A DNA stretch of 64,000 bases from an uncultured Opitutaceae bacterium (GCA_964475035.1 CAYYVB010000001.1:7573-71572), one strand, 5' to 3'. Shown: positions 54,239 through 64,000, counted from the first letter of the stretch. Numbers and translations are program-made. Notes: a model not told the origin generated them from the letters alone.

Positions 54239-54720
54239 GCGAGGAGCACGATCACCGCCGAAAGGACGCCGAGCGCGATGCCGATGAGGAGCGAAGCGAG
54301 CAGTTGCCGACGCTGGCTCACCTGAAAACTGCGCGCGGCGGATAGAAGTGACTTCTCCAGCGCCGCCAGCTTCCCGAGCGCTTTCTCCAACGGCTCGGTC
54401 ATGGCGGCATCGATCTGCTGGGTGAGTTCCACCGGCTTTTCGGCCAACATGCCTTGCAGGTCCACCAAGGCTTCGTTCACCCCGCCGACCGTTTCCGCGG
54501 CGTCCGCGAGGGCACCGATGCGGGCGTCAACGGCCGCCCGCAATTCCACGACGGCGGACTTGAGCGTGTCCTCCGACTCCTTCACCCGCCGCCAGTGCCA
54601 GGCGATCAGGAGATACACGGGGTCATTCGGATGGAGTCGGTAATGGGCCGGCACCCATTTGAGGTCGTCGGGAAAAACGTCGGGATCGAGGAGGTCCTCG
54701 GGCTTGGGTGCGGCGCTCAT
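54235..54720 (-). CDS. Mobilisation-associated membrane protein
   Basis: NDPVYLL, coiled coil, C-terminal TM segment; coupled to both neighbours. Confidence 0.55.
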   Translation of the reverse strand: MSAAPKPEDLLDPDVFPDDLKWVPAHYRLHPNDPVYLLIAWHWRRVKESEDTLKSAVVELRAAVDARIGALADAAETVGGVNEALVDLQGMLAEKPVELTQQIDAAMTEPLEKALGKLAALEKSLLSAARSFQVSQRRQLLASLLIGIALGVLSAVIVLLA

Positions 54721-55418
54721 GGGATCAACAGTTCCCGGGCCTTGCCGAACTCCTCTCGCATCCGCTCATGAACGCGCAGGCACCGCGAACGGTCCAGGAG
54801 ATGAAGCTCCTCCGCCTGCCGGCCGCGTCCCACCGTGAGGTTGGCGGCCTGCAGTCGGTTACGGGTCACCTCCGCGAGGCATGGCACGTCGATTTCGACG
54901 GCGCCCAAATCTGCCAAACGCCGTCGGGCGTTGCTCTGCGAAAACGTCGGCAGGGCATCGCCTTCTTTCAGGTTGCGGGCCACCAGCCAGCGCACGCGTC
55001 CGCCGTGACTGTCGAGAAGCTCGGCGATCTGGGAGTTCGCGTCTTTGTCGTCGGTCGCGATCAGGACGAAGACAATGAAGCAGTCGAACTCGGCCTGCAT
55101 CTCGGGCAGACGTGTCTCGTCCAGATAGGCGAGCACTTTGCTTCCCCCGGAAGCCCGGTTGTCCACCAGCACGACATCCGCTTCGTCGAGGCAGTGCACG
55201 ATGCGGTCGAGCTCCCCCAGCTTGTCGGCATCCACGTCGGTATTGATGAACTCCGTTCCCGGCACCAAGCGGTAGAAGGTTGAGTTCGCGTGATCCAGGT
55301 CGATGGGCTTCACCCGGACACCGGCGTCGGTCAGGTGGTCATAAAGCAGGGTCGCGACGAAGCTCTTGCCGATGCCACCCTTGTCCTGGGGAAAGAGAAT
55401 GAGTCGTTTGGAGGGCAT
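54717..55418 (-). CDS. ParA/MinD-like P-loop mobilisation protein (TraL/MobD-like)
   Basis: DKGGIGKS deviant Walker A; IDLDHANST; VLVDN. Confidence 0.75.
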   Translation of the reverse strand: MPSKRLILFPQDKGGIGKSFVATLLYDHLTDAGVRVKPIDLDHANSTFYRLVPGTEFINTDVDADKLGELDRIVHCLDEADVVLVDNRASGGSKVLAYLDETRLPEMQAEFDCFIVFVLIATDDKDANSQIAELLDSHGGRVRWLVARNLKEGDALPTFSQSNARRRLADLGAVEIDVPCLAEVTRNRLQAANLTVGRGRQAEELHLLDRSRCLRVHERMREEFGKARELLIP

Positions 55419-55424
55419 GATTGC

Positions 55425-55778
55425 TCAGTAGTTGTCGCGGGCGACTTTGGGGCCGCGCGGGCCGACGGGAGCCGGGTGCCTGATGATCCCGTGCGCCATG
55501 GGTGGCGCCTTCGGTGTTGGCAGACCGTGCTCTTTACGCGCCCGCTCGATCTCGGACTTGGTGAACGTCCGGCGGCAGAACACGCCCACGCCGGCCGGCG
55601 AGACCATCAGCCCATGTTGGATCAAGGCGGCCGCGATCTGCTCGTAGCTCATGAACTTGGCCCGCCAAAGCAGCAGGACATCCCGATAGGGAGCGAGCAG
55701 GCTCCGGTGGTGGGCGGACGGGTCGTAGCTGCGCGCGTGGGCCAGCAGGCGGTCGTGAAGATCGGTTGGTTCGGTCAT
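55425..55778 (-). CDS. Small relaxosome accessory/HTH-like protein
   Basis: MSYEQIAAALIQHGLMVS HTH-like segment; first gene divergent from the relaxase. Confidence 0.55.
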   Translation of the reverse strand: MTEPTDLHDRLLAHARSYDPSAHHRSLLAPYRDVLLLWRAKFMSYEQIAAALIQHGLMVSPAGVGVFCRRTFTKSEIERARKEHGLPTPKAPPMAHGIIRHPAPVGPRGPKVARDNY

Positions 55779-55859
55779 CTGGCCGAAAACTAGACCGTAT
55801 GGCATTTAAGTAAAACGAAAAGTAATAGCCCTTCCGGAACCTCAGGTGTTGGCGTGGTG

Positions 55860-55960
55860 GTGGTCGAGTAGTGGCGGAGTAGTGGTGACGCCAGGGATTC
55901 CTAGCGGACGCTAGGGGTGGCGTGTTCCGACTTGTATGGTGAGGTGGTGCGGCGGCTGCC
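55860..55960 (+). other. Candidate oriT
   Basis: Between divergent mob and relaxase genes; GAGTAGTGG twice; hairpin CCTAGC-GGAC-GCTAGG followed by GTGGCGTGT. Confidence 0.4.
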
Positions 55961-56103
55961 GCTCAATCTGATGCTAGAGTTCCTCTTCATGCTCTTGGTC
56001 TGCGTTGCGGAGAATTTCCTCCCATTGGGGTAATTCCGGCTCGGTAGGCTGCCTGAATTGCATTCCGACTAGCTAACGTATGGCTTTTAGCTAGAGTGCT
56101 GAC

Positions 56104-58752
56104 ATGGTGAGATTCGATAAACCCTGTATCGTGGTGGCTGGTGCCGTGGAGTATTTCCGCGAGCACATGGCTATCGGCGACTACCTGGCTCAGGAAGGCA
56201 CGGCCGAGATGACCTGGGTGGGTTCGGGTGCGGCCCGACTGGGCCTCGCCGGGCGCTGCCAGTTGGAGCATTTCGAGAGACTCTGCGAGGGCCGGCACCC
56301 GGCCACCGGCGAAAAACTCATGATCCGCGACAAGGGCGCGCACCGCCGGGTCTGCTTCTTTGGACAGATTTCCCCGCCCAAGGATGTCTCTCTCCTCCAC
56401 CTGGTCGGCGGCGACCCGCGGATCGGCGGCTGGTGGCAGGAAGCCGTGGCGGAAACCCTGCGGGAGATGGAGGCGGTCATCGCGACGCGCGTCCGGCGCG
56501 GCGGAGCCAACGAGGACCGGCCGACTGGCAGGCTGGTGGCCGCGATGGTCACCCACGACGCCAGCCGCTCCCTCGATCCTCAACTGCATACGCACGTTTG
56601 CATCATGAACGTGACCTACGATGAGGCCGAGAGCCGGTGGAAAAGCGTCCAGCCGTCGGGCCTCTACCGGCATCAGGGCTATTTCCGCGAGGTCTGCTAC
56701 AACAAGCTCGCGCAGCGGATGGCTGCGGCCGGCTACACCTTGGAGTCCGTGCGCGGGTTTGGATTCAACATCGCAGGCGTGCCGCCCGAGTTGCGGGACC
56801 GATTCAGCAAACGACGCCGGGCGATTCTCGCCCAGGCCAAGGAACTCGGCGTCGCCACTCAGGACGCCTTGCAGGCCATCGCCGGGGAGAGCCGGGCTGC
56901 GAAGACCGCAACCACGGCGGCGGGCTTGCGCACCCGTTGGGAAACGGAGGCCGGTCAGGAACTGGCGGCCCTCCGTGAAGCGATAGCCCGGGCGGACGGC
57001 AAGGCCCAGCCGGGGCGACAGGTGTCGGCGCGCGCGGCGGTATTGTCCGCCGAGGCGCACGTTTTCGAGCGTCGGTCGGTCGTGGATGACCGCCTTCTGC
57101 TGCGCGAGGCCCTGATCGCCGGCCGCGGACAGGTGTCCCTTGATGCCCTCAAGCGGGCCGTGGCCGGCCGCGAACGCACCGGCGAACTCGTGCGCGCAGG
57201 CGATGAAATCGCCTCCCGCGAGGGTCTGGAATCGGAGAAGGAATTCACGGGTTGGGCTGCGGCTCAACGAAGCCGCAGGTCGGCCCTCGGCTCCGCGCCT
57301 GTGCGCATGAATCTCGGCCCCGACCAGAAAGAGGCGGTGCTCGGTGTCCTCGGATCGAAGTCCGGGGTTGTGATTCTCCAAGGCGATGCCGGCACGGGCA
57401 AAACCTCCTGCCTGAAAACGATCGTCGCGGGCATCGAACGGGCCGGCGGCCGGGTGTTCGGCTGCGCTCCATCGTCGGGTGCAACCGACGTCCTGCGGCA
57501 GGAACTGTCTTCCGACGCCGAGACGCTTCAGCTTCTGCTCGTGAACGAGGATATGCAGCGCCGGGTGCGCGGACGGGTGCTGGTGGTGGACGAAGCCGGC
57601 TTCGTTTCCACCCGCGAAATGCGCGATCTATGCCGGCTCGCCGCCCGCAACGACAACCGGCTCCTGCTCGTGGGTGACATCAAGCAGCATCACTCGGTCG
57701 AGGCCGGCGACGCGCTCCGCTGCCTGCAGGAGTTTGCGCGCGTGCCGGTTTTCCGACTGACGGAAATCCGCCGCCAGCAGGATCCCGCCTACCTGCAGGC
57801 GGTCGCCCGGCTGGCACGCGGCGACGCCTTTGGTGCCTTCAACCGATTCGACCAACTCGGAGCCGTGCAGGACGAGAAATTGCCCGCCGCTTTGCTCGCT
57901 CGGGCCGCAGGCGACTACGTCCGCACCGTGCGCACGGGCAAGTCGTGCCTGGCCATTTCGCCGGTCTGGGAGGAAATCCATCAGTTCACCGACGTGGTCC
58001 GCCGGCAATTGCGGGCCGCCGGCCTGCTGCGTCCCGACGAACGAAATTGCCTGACCGTCCACTCGCTGAAGTGGACGCGGGAGGAGTGTCGACGCATCGG
58101 CAATTACCAGCCGGGTGATGTGCTGACGTTCCACCGCGATTACGGCGCATTCGCGAAGCACGACACAGCCGCGGTTGCGCGACGCGACGGTGATGCGTTG
58201 GTCGTGCGTCGTCCCGACGGCCGGGAACACCGGCTCATCCCGCATCGCGCCTCCGGCTACACGGTCGGACTCGCGCGGGAGATTTCCGTGGCCGCGGGTG
58301 ATCGACTGCTGATCCGAGGCAACCTCAAGCCCTCGAACCTGCGGAACGGCGACATCGTCGAGGTCGCCGGGTTCACCCCGGATGGTGCCATCCAGCTCAA
58401 GGACGGCCGTGTCGTGCCGGAGTGGTTTCAGGAATTCAGCCACGGCTATGCGACGACGTCCCATGCCGCACAAGGCAAGACCGTGGATCGCGGCCTCCTG
58501 CTCATGGCGGACGCCGGCATCGCCGCCGGCAATCTCAAGCAAGCCTACGTCTCGAACTCCCGCTTTCGCGAAAGCCAGACGATCTACACCACCGACAAGG
58601 AGGCAGCGCGCGATGCCATGATGCGTCCGTCGGATCGCAAACTTGCCCGCGAACTGGTCGGTCCAGAGGACGATACCGCCGGCCCCCGCCGTGCCTGGCG
58701 TGCCCGATGGGCCGCCCGCCTGGCTCCCGCACTTCGGATCAACGCCGCATGA
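56104..58752 (+). CDS. MOBF (TrwC/TraI-like) relaxase-helicase
   Basis: Y17/Y27 (EYF..GDY), WVGSGAARLGL, PKDVS, HDASRSLDPQLHTH; helicase QGDAGTGKT, VVDEAG, HGYATTSHAAQGKTVD. Confidence 0.95.
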   Translation: MVRFDKPCIVVAGAVEYFREHMAIGDYLAQEGTAEMTWVGSGAARLGLAGRCQLEHFERLCEGRHPATGEKLMIRDKGAHRRVCFFGQISPPKDVSLLHLVGGDPRIGGWWQEAVAETLREMEAVIATRVRRGGANEDRPTGRLVAAMVTHDASRSLDPQLHTHVCIMNVTYDEAESRWKSVQPSGLYRHQGYFREVCYNKLAQRMAAAGYTLESVRGFGFNIAGVPPELRDRFSKRRRAILAQAKELGVATQDALQAIAGESRAAKTATTAAGLRTRWETEAGQELAALREAIARADGKAQPGRQVSARAAVLSAEAHVFERRSVVDDRLLLREALIAGRGQVSLDALKRAVAGRERTGELVRAGDEIASREGLESEKEFTGWAAAQRSRRSALGSAPVRMNLGPDQKEAVLGVLGSKSGVVILQGDAGTGKTSCLKTIVAGIERAGGRVFGCAPSSGATDVLRQELSSDAETLQLLLVNEDMQRRVRGRVLVVDEAGFVSTREMRDLCRLAARNDNRLLLVGDIKQHHSVEAGDALRCLQEFARVPVFRLTEIRRQQDPAYLQAVARLARGDAFGAFNRFDQLGAVQDEKLPAALLARAAGDYVRTVRTGKSCLAISPVWEEIHQFTDVVRRQLRAAGLLRPDERNCLTVHSLKWTREECRRIGNYQPGDVLTFHRDYGAFAKHDTAAVARRDGDALVVRRPDGREHRLIPHRASGYTVGLAREISVAAGDRLLIRGNLKPSNLRNGDIVEVAGFTPDGAIQLKDGRVVPEWFQEFSHGYATTSHAAQGKTVDRGLLLMADAGIAAGNLKQAYVSNSRFRESQTIYTTDKEAARDAMMRPSDRKLARELVGPEDDTAGPRRAWRARWAARLAPALRINAA

Positions 58753-59099
58753 GCATCGAGTCACATCCCGGCAAGAAGGCGCTCGCGCCTCCGCCTCCGC
58801 TCCAATGGGGTGAGGTCGTTCCCGCGGGTGAAACCGCACTCGCGCTTCGCTTCGCGTTGGGCGACCGGGCGGTGACCTACCCATGTTCCGAGTTTAGGCG
58901 CTGGGAGCACGTCAACGGCACGCCGGAAACGCTCATCCTAACCACCGCCAAGGAACAGGTCGTCATCGAGGGCAGCGACCTGACCGCTATTCGAGCCGCG
59001 CTGGACCTCGGTCGCTTGGCGGAAGTCCGGCTCACTTTCTCCCGTCAGCCAACGCGGCCGGGTCCTAGGATCGAGCGGATCACGATTGAACCGGCATGA
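58749..59099 (+). CDS. Hypothetical protein
   Basis: ATGA overlap with the relaxase stop; 116 aa. Confidence 0.65.
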   Translation: MSIESHPGKKALAPPPPLQWGEVVPAGETALALRFALGDRAVTYPCSEFRRWEHVNGTPETLILTTAKEQVVIEGSDLTAIRAALDLGRLAEVRLTFSRQPTRPGPRIERITIEPA

Positions 59100-59102
59100 C
59101 GC

Positions 59103-62100
59103 ATGGCCCCAAAATCCCGTCCAGACGATCAGCTCGATTTCTTCGCGCACCTTTCCCATGAGCGAACTCCTCACCTACGGCCTGATGGCGGAGCGGCATT
59201 GGCGGGAGCATTGCCCGAAGCTGGTGCGGGAGCTGGGGGCGGAGGGCCGCCTGCGGACGGCGCTGCTGGAAGCGCAGGAGCGAACGACAGCCGACATGGA
59301 CCGACTGATCCGGCAGTTCCGGAAACAGGGATTGAATCCCCAGCAGGCGCACGATCAGGCATGGGAGCTGGTGCGGGAGAAATACATTCTCCTCCGGCCG
59401 GAACCAAAGGAATAGCGCCTCGCAATCAGGACAACTTCCGCATCACCGACGCCGACCGGCTCGGCGAGGGCGGCCCGAAGCAGAAGTATCGGCAGAACCT
59501 CGAGGCGATCCGCACCCTCCGGACGATTCACGCGGAGGCCCGGTCCGCGACCCCGGAGGAGAAGGCGGTCATCGCAAAATACGTTGGTTGGGGCGGTCTA
59601 CCGCAGGTCTTCGCCACGCCCCAGGAGGCGCCCCAATGGAGCGCCGAGCAGGAGGAGTTGAAGGTTTTGCTCGAACCGGACGAATACTCCTCTGCCCGCG
59701 CCACCGTTCTGAATGCGCATTACACGTCGCCAACCGTCATCCGGGCGATGTATGCCGCCCTCGACCGGTTCGGCTTCAAGGGCGGCCGGGTCCTGGAGCC
59801 TGCCTGCGGGCTGGGCCACTTTTTCGGGGTAATGCCCGAGGACATGGCCGCTCGCTCCGAACTCACCGGCATCGAGATCGACCCGCTCACCGCCCGGCTC
59901 GCAAAGACCCTCTATCCCGACGCCGACATCCGCTCGCAGGCTTTCGAGAACGCCACGCTGCCGACCAATCGCTTTGATCTCGCCGTCTCCAACGTCCCCT
60001 TCGCCGACTATTCGCCCTTCGACCCGAAGCTCAACCCGCGGAAGTTTCACATCCACGACTACTTTTTCGTCGCCGCCGCCGAGCGTGTCCGCCCGGGCGG
60101 CTTGATCGCCTTCATCACCTCGCGCGGCACCCTCGACAAACAGTATCCGCACCTCCGCGAAGCCGTCGCCAAGACCTGCGACCTGGTCGGCGCCATCCGG
60201 CTTCCTCACACCGCGTTCAAGAAGAATGCGAACACCGACGTGACCACCGACATCGTGTTCCTGCGGAAACGCCACACCGGGGAGAAGCCGGGCGGGCTCG
60301 CGTGGCGTGAGAGCCGCCCGTTTGGCGACGGCGAGAATCCAATCTTTCTCAACGAGTATTACCACGCGCGTCCCGAGATGATGCTGGGCAAGTTGGAACG
60401 CGTGGAGCGCGGCATGTATGGCCGGGATGAGGTCCGTCTTACAGGCGACGGCCGGGATTTGGGCGAGGCGCTGGTGAAAGCCGTGCGGGCGTTGCCCGCC
60501 GGCGTGTTCAAGCCCTTGACTGAAGCCCAGACCGCCACGCTGCGGCAGACCATTCCGGTGCCGCCGGGCGTAAAGCCCAATGCTTACACGCTTACCGTGG
60601 AGGGGGGCGGCGGCATTGCCGTGCGCGACGGCGACGAACTGCGGCTGCTGACCGATCTCTCCCCGCAATTGGCGCGGCGCATCCGGCGCCTGATCTACGT
60701 CCGCGACGCGGCGCGCGACTGCTTGCGCACCCAGGGCGAGAATCGTCCCGACGCCGAAGTCGAGGCCGCCCGGTTCCGCCTCAACCAGGACTACGATTAT
60801 TTCACGAGCCAGTTCGGACCGATCTCCCAATCGGCCAACGTCCGGGCCTTCGCCGGCGATCCCGACCTGCCGCTCCTTCTCTCCCTGGAGAACTACGACG
60901 ACGACTCCGGCACTGCGACGAAGACCGCGATCTTCCGCGAGCGCACGATCCAGAAACGCCAGCCGGTGCTGGCCGCCGGCGGAGCCAAGGAGGCGTTGGT
61001 CGTCACGCTCAGCGAGAAGGGCAAGGTGGATTTGGAGCACATGGCGAGGCTGCTCGGGAAAAAGCCGGAGGAGTTTCTTGCCGATCTGGAGGGCGTCCTC
61101 TTCCTCAATCCCGAATCCAAACGCTGGGAGACCGACGACGAATACCTTGCGGGCAATGTGCGCCGCAAGTTGGCGCTCGCCGAAGCCGCCGCCGCGAAGG
61201 ACGGCCGGTTCAAGCTCAACGTGCAGGCCTTGCAAGGCGTCCAACCGATTGACCTGAAAGCCACGGAAATCGACGCCCGGCTCGGCGCGGCGTGGATTCC
61301 GGCGGAGGACGTGGCGGCCTTTGGCGTCGAACTGCTGCGCGGCCACGGCCCGGGGGATGTCCGTGTCCACCATGCCGCCCAGGTCGGTCTGTGGACGGTC
61401 GAAGTCAGCCATCCGGTCAAGACCGGTGTGGCCGACCGCAGCGAATGGGGCACCAACCGGGTCGCGGCCCACTCGCTCCTCGAAGACGCGCTCAACCTTC
61501 GCACGCCGACGGTTTACGACTACGACGAAAATAAGAACCCGAAGGTCAATCCGACCGCCACTGAGGCCGCACGCGAGAAACAGCAGAAGATCAAGGACCG
61601 CTTTGCCGAATGGATCTGGCAGAACGACGCCCGACGGGAGCGGCTGGTCGCATTCTACAATCGCGAGTTCAATCACCTCCGGCTCCGCACTTTCAACGGC
61701 GACCATCTCCTACTCCCCGGGGCGAGTCCCATGATTACGCTCCGCCCGCATCAGAGGGCCGGCGTCTGGCGCATCCTCCAGACTCCGAATGCTCTCCTGG
61801 CGCATGTCGTCGGTGCCGGGAAGACCTACACGATGGCGGCGGCGGCGATGGAGCTGAAGCGGCTCGGACTCGCGCGGAAGCCGATGTTTGTCGTCCCGAA
61901 TCACATGCTCGGGCAGTTCAGCACCGAGTTGCTCACACTCTACCCCGGGGCCAACATTCTCGCTGCCGGCCGGGATGATTTCGCAAGCTTCAAGCGCCGC
62001 GAGTTGATGTCGCGTATCGCGACCAACAACTGGGACGCGATCATCGTCACGCATTCGGGTTTCGAGCGGCTCCCGCTCTCGGTCGCAGCCCGAAAGGAGT

Positions 62101-64000
62101 TTCTCGAAGAGCAGCGCGCCGAATTGGTCCAGTGCATCCTTGAACAGAAGGAGCGCGCCGGCAAGGACACCGGCGGCACCCGCATCGTTAAGGAGCTGGA
62201 ACGGGCGAAAAAGAAGCTGGAGGCGCGCCTCAAATCGTTGTCCGCGGAGCACCGGAAAGACGACACGCTGACTTTCGAGGAATTGGGCGTGGACCGGCTG
62301 TTCGTCGATGAAGCGCAGGCGTTCAAGAATCTATTCTACATTTCCAAGATGACCCGGGTCGCCGGCCTCCCGCAGACCGCCTCGGAGCGCGCCTTCGACA
62401 TGTTCCTCAAGGTGCAGCACATCCAGAAACAGAACGGAGGCGGGGGCGTCGTCTTCGCCACCGGCACGCCGGTCACGAACACAATGGCCGAGATGTTCAC
62501 GATGCAACGCTACCTGCAAATGGACGTGCTTCGCCGACATAATCTCCAGCATTTCGACGCGTGGGCCGGCACCTTCGGCGAAACCGTCACCGCGATGGAA
62601 CTGGCTCCCGACGGTGCCGGCTACCGGTTGAACACTCGTTTCGCCCGGTTCGTGAACGTCCCCGAACTCATGCAGATGTTCCGCCAGATGGCCGATGTGC
62701 AGACGGCGGATATGCTCAAGCTGCCCGTGCCGGCTCTCGACGGCGGCAAACCCCGCATCGTCCGTGCGCCCGCTACGCCGGAGTTGAAGGAGTTTGTCGC
62801 GTCACTGGCGAAGAGGGCCGAGAAGCTCAAACGCGAGCACGTCGATCCTTCCGTGGACAACATGCTCAAGATCACGGGCGAGGGCCGGAAGGCGGCGCTC
62901 GATCTGCGGCTCGTGCGCGGGCGCGCCCCCGACGCTCCCGACGGCAAGGTCAACCAGGCAGTCCGGGAAATCTTTGCCATCTGGCAGGAGACGCGCGACC
63001 AGCGCCTCACCCAGATGGTGTTCTGCGACCTCTCGACGCCGAAGGTCGAGGGGCGTGGTTTCTCCGTGTATCAGGACCTCAAGGCCAAACTGGTCGCCGG
63101 CGGCGTGCCCGCGGAGGACATCGCATTCATCCAGGAGCACGACGGCGACGCAGCCAAGCTCGCGCTCTTCAAAGATGTTCGCTCGGGCAAGGTCCGCATC
63201 CTGCTGGGTTCGACGCAGAAGATGGGGGCCGGCACCAACGCACAGACGAAACTCGTGGCACTGCATCACCTCGACGCTCCGTGGCGGCCGGCAGACATCG
63301 AGCAGCGTGAGGGACGGATTCTGCGCCAGGGGAACCAGAATGCTGTCGTGCGCATCCAGCGTTATGTCACGGAAGGCAGCTTCGACGCCTACATGTGGCA
63401 GACGCTGGAAACCAAGGCCAAGTTCATCGCCCAGGTGATGACCGGTCAGACCACGGCCCGGAAGATCGAGGACCTCGATACGCCCGCGCTCACCTACGCC
63501 GAGGTCAAAGCCATTGCCTCCGGCAACCCACTCGTGATCGAGAAAGCCAAGGTCGATGCCGAGGTCATGCGGCTTTCCCGGCTCCGCTCCGAGCACAGTG
63601 AGTCGCAATACGGTAATCGCGCCCGGCTGCGCATGGCGGAGGAGGATGTCGCTCGTCTCGAACGGCAGGTGACCGCAATGGAGAAGGATTTGGCCACGCG
63701 GCAGGACACCCAGGGTGACAAATTCAAGATCGTCCTTGAAGGGAAGGCATACACCGACCGAACCGCGGCGGGCACCGCGCTGGTCTATCTCGTCAACGAC
63801 CACAAGGAGGATCATCTCCGAGGGAAGTCTGGGACGGTCGTTCTGGGTGGAATGGCCGGCTTCAAACTCGAATACCGCTCGGCGTTGGCGGACAAGATCA
63901 CGCTACGGGGCCACGCCGAATACACCGCCAACCTGTCGCCGTCGCCGGTCGGTTCCATCAGTTCCCTCGAGCACGCGGCCCGTTGCATTGAGGATCACGT
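59103..64000 (+). CDS. DarB-like N6-adenine methyltransferase + SNF2 helicase (runs past window end; absent from ORF track)
   Basis: Read manually: YVGWGGL, NAHYT, VLEPACGLG, SNVPF, LLAHVVGAGKT, FVDEAQAFKN, ATGTP, PWRPADIEQREGRILRQGN. Start at 59103, alternatively 59361. Confidence 0.9.
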   Translation, partial: MAPKSRPDDQLDFFAHLSHERTPHLRPDGGAALAGALPEAGAGAGGGGPPADGAAGSAGANDSRHGPTDPAVPETGIESPAGARSGMGAGAGEIHSPPAGTKGIAPRNQDNFRITDADRLGEGGPKQKYRQNLEAIRTLRTIHAEARSATPEEKAVIAKYVGWGGLPQVFATPQEAPQWSAEQEELKVLLEPDEYSSARATVLNAHYTSPTVIRAMYAALDRFGFKGGRVLEPACGLGHFFGVMPEDMAARSELTGIEIDPLTARLAKTLYPDADIRSQAFENATLPTNRFDLAVSNVPFADYSPFDPKLNPRKFHIHDYFFVAAAERVRPGGLIAFITSRGTLDKQYPHLREAVAKTCDLVGAIRLPHTAFKKNANTDVTTDIVFLRKRHTGEKPGGLAWRESRPFGDGENPIFLNEYYHARPEMMLGKLERVERGMYGRDEVRLTGDGRDLGEALVKAVRALPAGVFKPLTEAQTATLRQTIPVPPGVKPNAYTLTVEGGGGIAVRDGDELRLLTDLSPQLARRIRRLIYVRDAARDCLRTQGENRPDAEVEAARFRLNQDYDYFTSQFGPISQSANVRAFAGDPDLPLLLSLENYDDDSGTATKTAIFRERTIQKRQPVLAAGGAKEALVVTLSEKGKVDLEHMARLLGKKPEEFLADLEGVLFLNPESKRWETDDEYLAGNVRRKLALAEAAAAKDGRFKLNVQALQGVQPIDLKATEIDARLGAAWIPAEDVAAFGVELLRGHGPGDVRVHHAAQVGLWTVEVSHPVKTGVADRSEWGTNRVAAHSLLEDALNLRTPTVYDYDENKNPKVNPTATEAAREKQQKIKDRFAEWIWQNDARRERLVAFYNREFNHLRLRTFNGDHLLLPGASPMITLRPHQRAGVWRILQTPNALLAHVVGAGKTYTMAAAAMELKRLGLARKPMFVVPNHMLGQFSTELLTLYPGANILAAGRDDFASFKRRELMSRIATNNWDAIIVTHSGFERLPLSVAARKEFLEEQRAELVQCILEQKERAGKDTGGTRIVKELERAKKKLEARLKSLSAEHRKDDTLTFEELGVDRLFVDEAQAFKNLFYISKMTRVAGLPQTASERAFDMFLKVQHIQKQNGGGGVVFATGTPVTNTMAEMFTMQRYLQMDVLRRHNLQHFDAWAGTFGETVTAMELAPDGAGYRLNTRFARFVNVPELMQMFRQMADVQTADMLKLPVPALDGGKPRIVRAPATPELKEFVASLAKRAEKLKREHVDPSVDNMLKITGEGRKAALDLRLVRGRAPDAPDGKVNQAVREIFAIWQETRDQRLTQMVFCDLSTPKVEGRGFSVYQDLKAKLVAGGVPAEDIAFIQEHDGDAAKLALFKDVRSGKVRILLGSTQKMGAGTNAQTKLVALHHLDAPWRPADIEQREGRILRQGNQNAVVRIQRYVTEGSFDAYMWQTLETKAKFIAQVMTGQTTARKIEDLDTPALTYAEVKAIASGNPLVIEKAKVDAEVMRLSRLRSEHSESQYGNRARLRMAEEDVARLERQVTAMEKDLATRQDTQGDKFKIVLEGKAYTDRTAAGTALVYLVNDHKEDHLRGKSGTVVLGGMAGFKLEYRSALADKITLRGHAEYTANLSPSPVGSISSLEHAARCIEDH
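59158..59415 (+). CDS. TnpV-like small protein (nested in another frame of the helicase ORF)
   Basis: YGLMAERHWREHCPKLVREL...G.L...L.E...AWELVRE pattern. Confidence 0.55.
   Translation: MSELLTYGLMAERHWREHCPKLVRELGAEGRLRTALLEAQERTTADMDRLIRQFRKQGLNPQQAHDQAWELVREKYILLRPEPKE

Larger units (their letters stand above)
5305..64000. mobile_element. Conjugative element (ICE/plasmid) with MOBF relaxase, coupling protein, VirB-like T4SS, pilus cluster and cargo; boundaries not visible
   Basis: Relaxase, VirD4-like, VirB4-like and DarB-like genes co-occur; no housekeeping genes, att sites or rep gene were recognised. Confidence 0.8.

Overview
High-GC bacterial DNA that looks like the interior of a conjugative element (ICE or plasmid; no att ends are visible). 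A Verrucomicrobia/Opitutaceae-like host is a guess from protein style and A/C-rich, SD-less leaders. Left to right: (1) 59-5244, a defence-like block: a nucleotidyltransferase, a partner protein, two tandem paralogous Cys-motif/Vsr-like nucleases, then a hypothetical gene and an HNH nuclease. (2) 5305-24821, one long minus-strand run: VirB-like T4SS genes directly followed by a type IV pilus/T2SS-like cluster and small accessory genes. (3) A divergent tandem-RHH protein and a ClpB-D2-only AAA+ ATPase. (4) 26666-38308, an operon for a signal-peptide RHS polymorphic toxin with immunity gene, a Cys-less thioredoxin, an FN3 protein and a TPR protein. (5) Nested IS66/IS21 remnants. (6) 39819-46629, a four-gene operon: a DyP heme peroxidase fused to a glycyl radical enzyme, a small protein, a GMC flavo-oxidoreductase and a ferritin-like protein, with no radical-SAM activase in the window. 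This is the best candidate for an undescribed system. (7) A tyrosine recombinase next to a 2.7-kb two-gene cassette bounded by perfect 23-bp inverted repeats, a probable invertible switch. (8) AraC regulator, coupling protein, mob genes, candidate oriT, MOBF relaxase and a DarB-like methyltransferase-helicase running off the end. All family calls come from reading motifs by eye; no database searches were run. Many starts were moved downstream of those in the ORF track.
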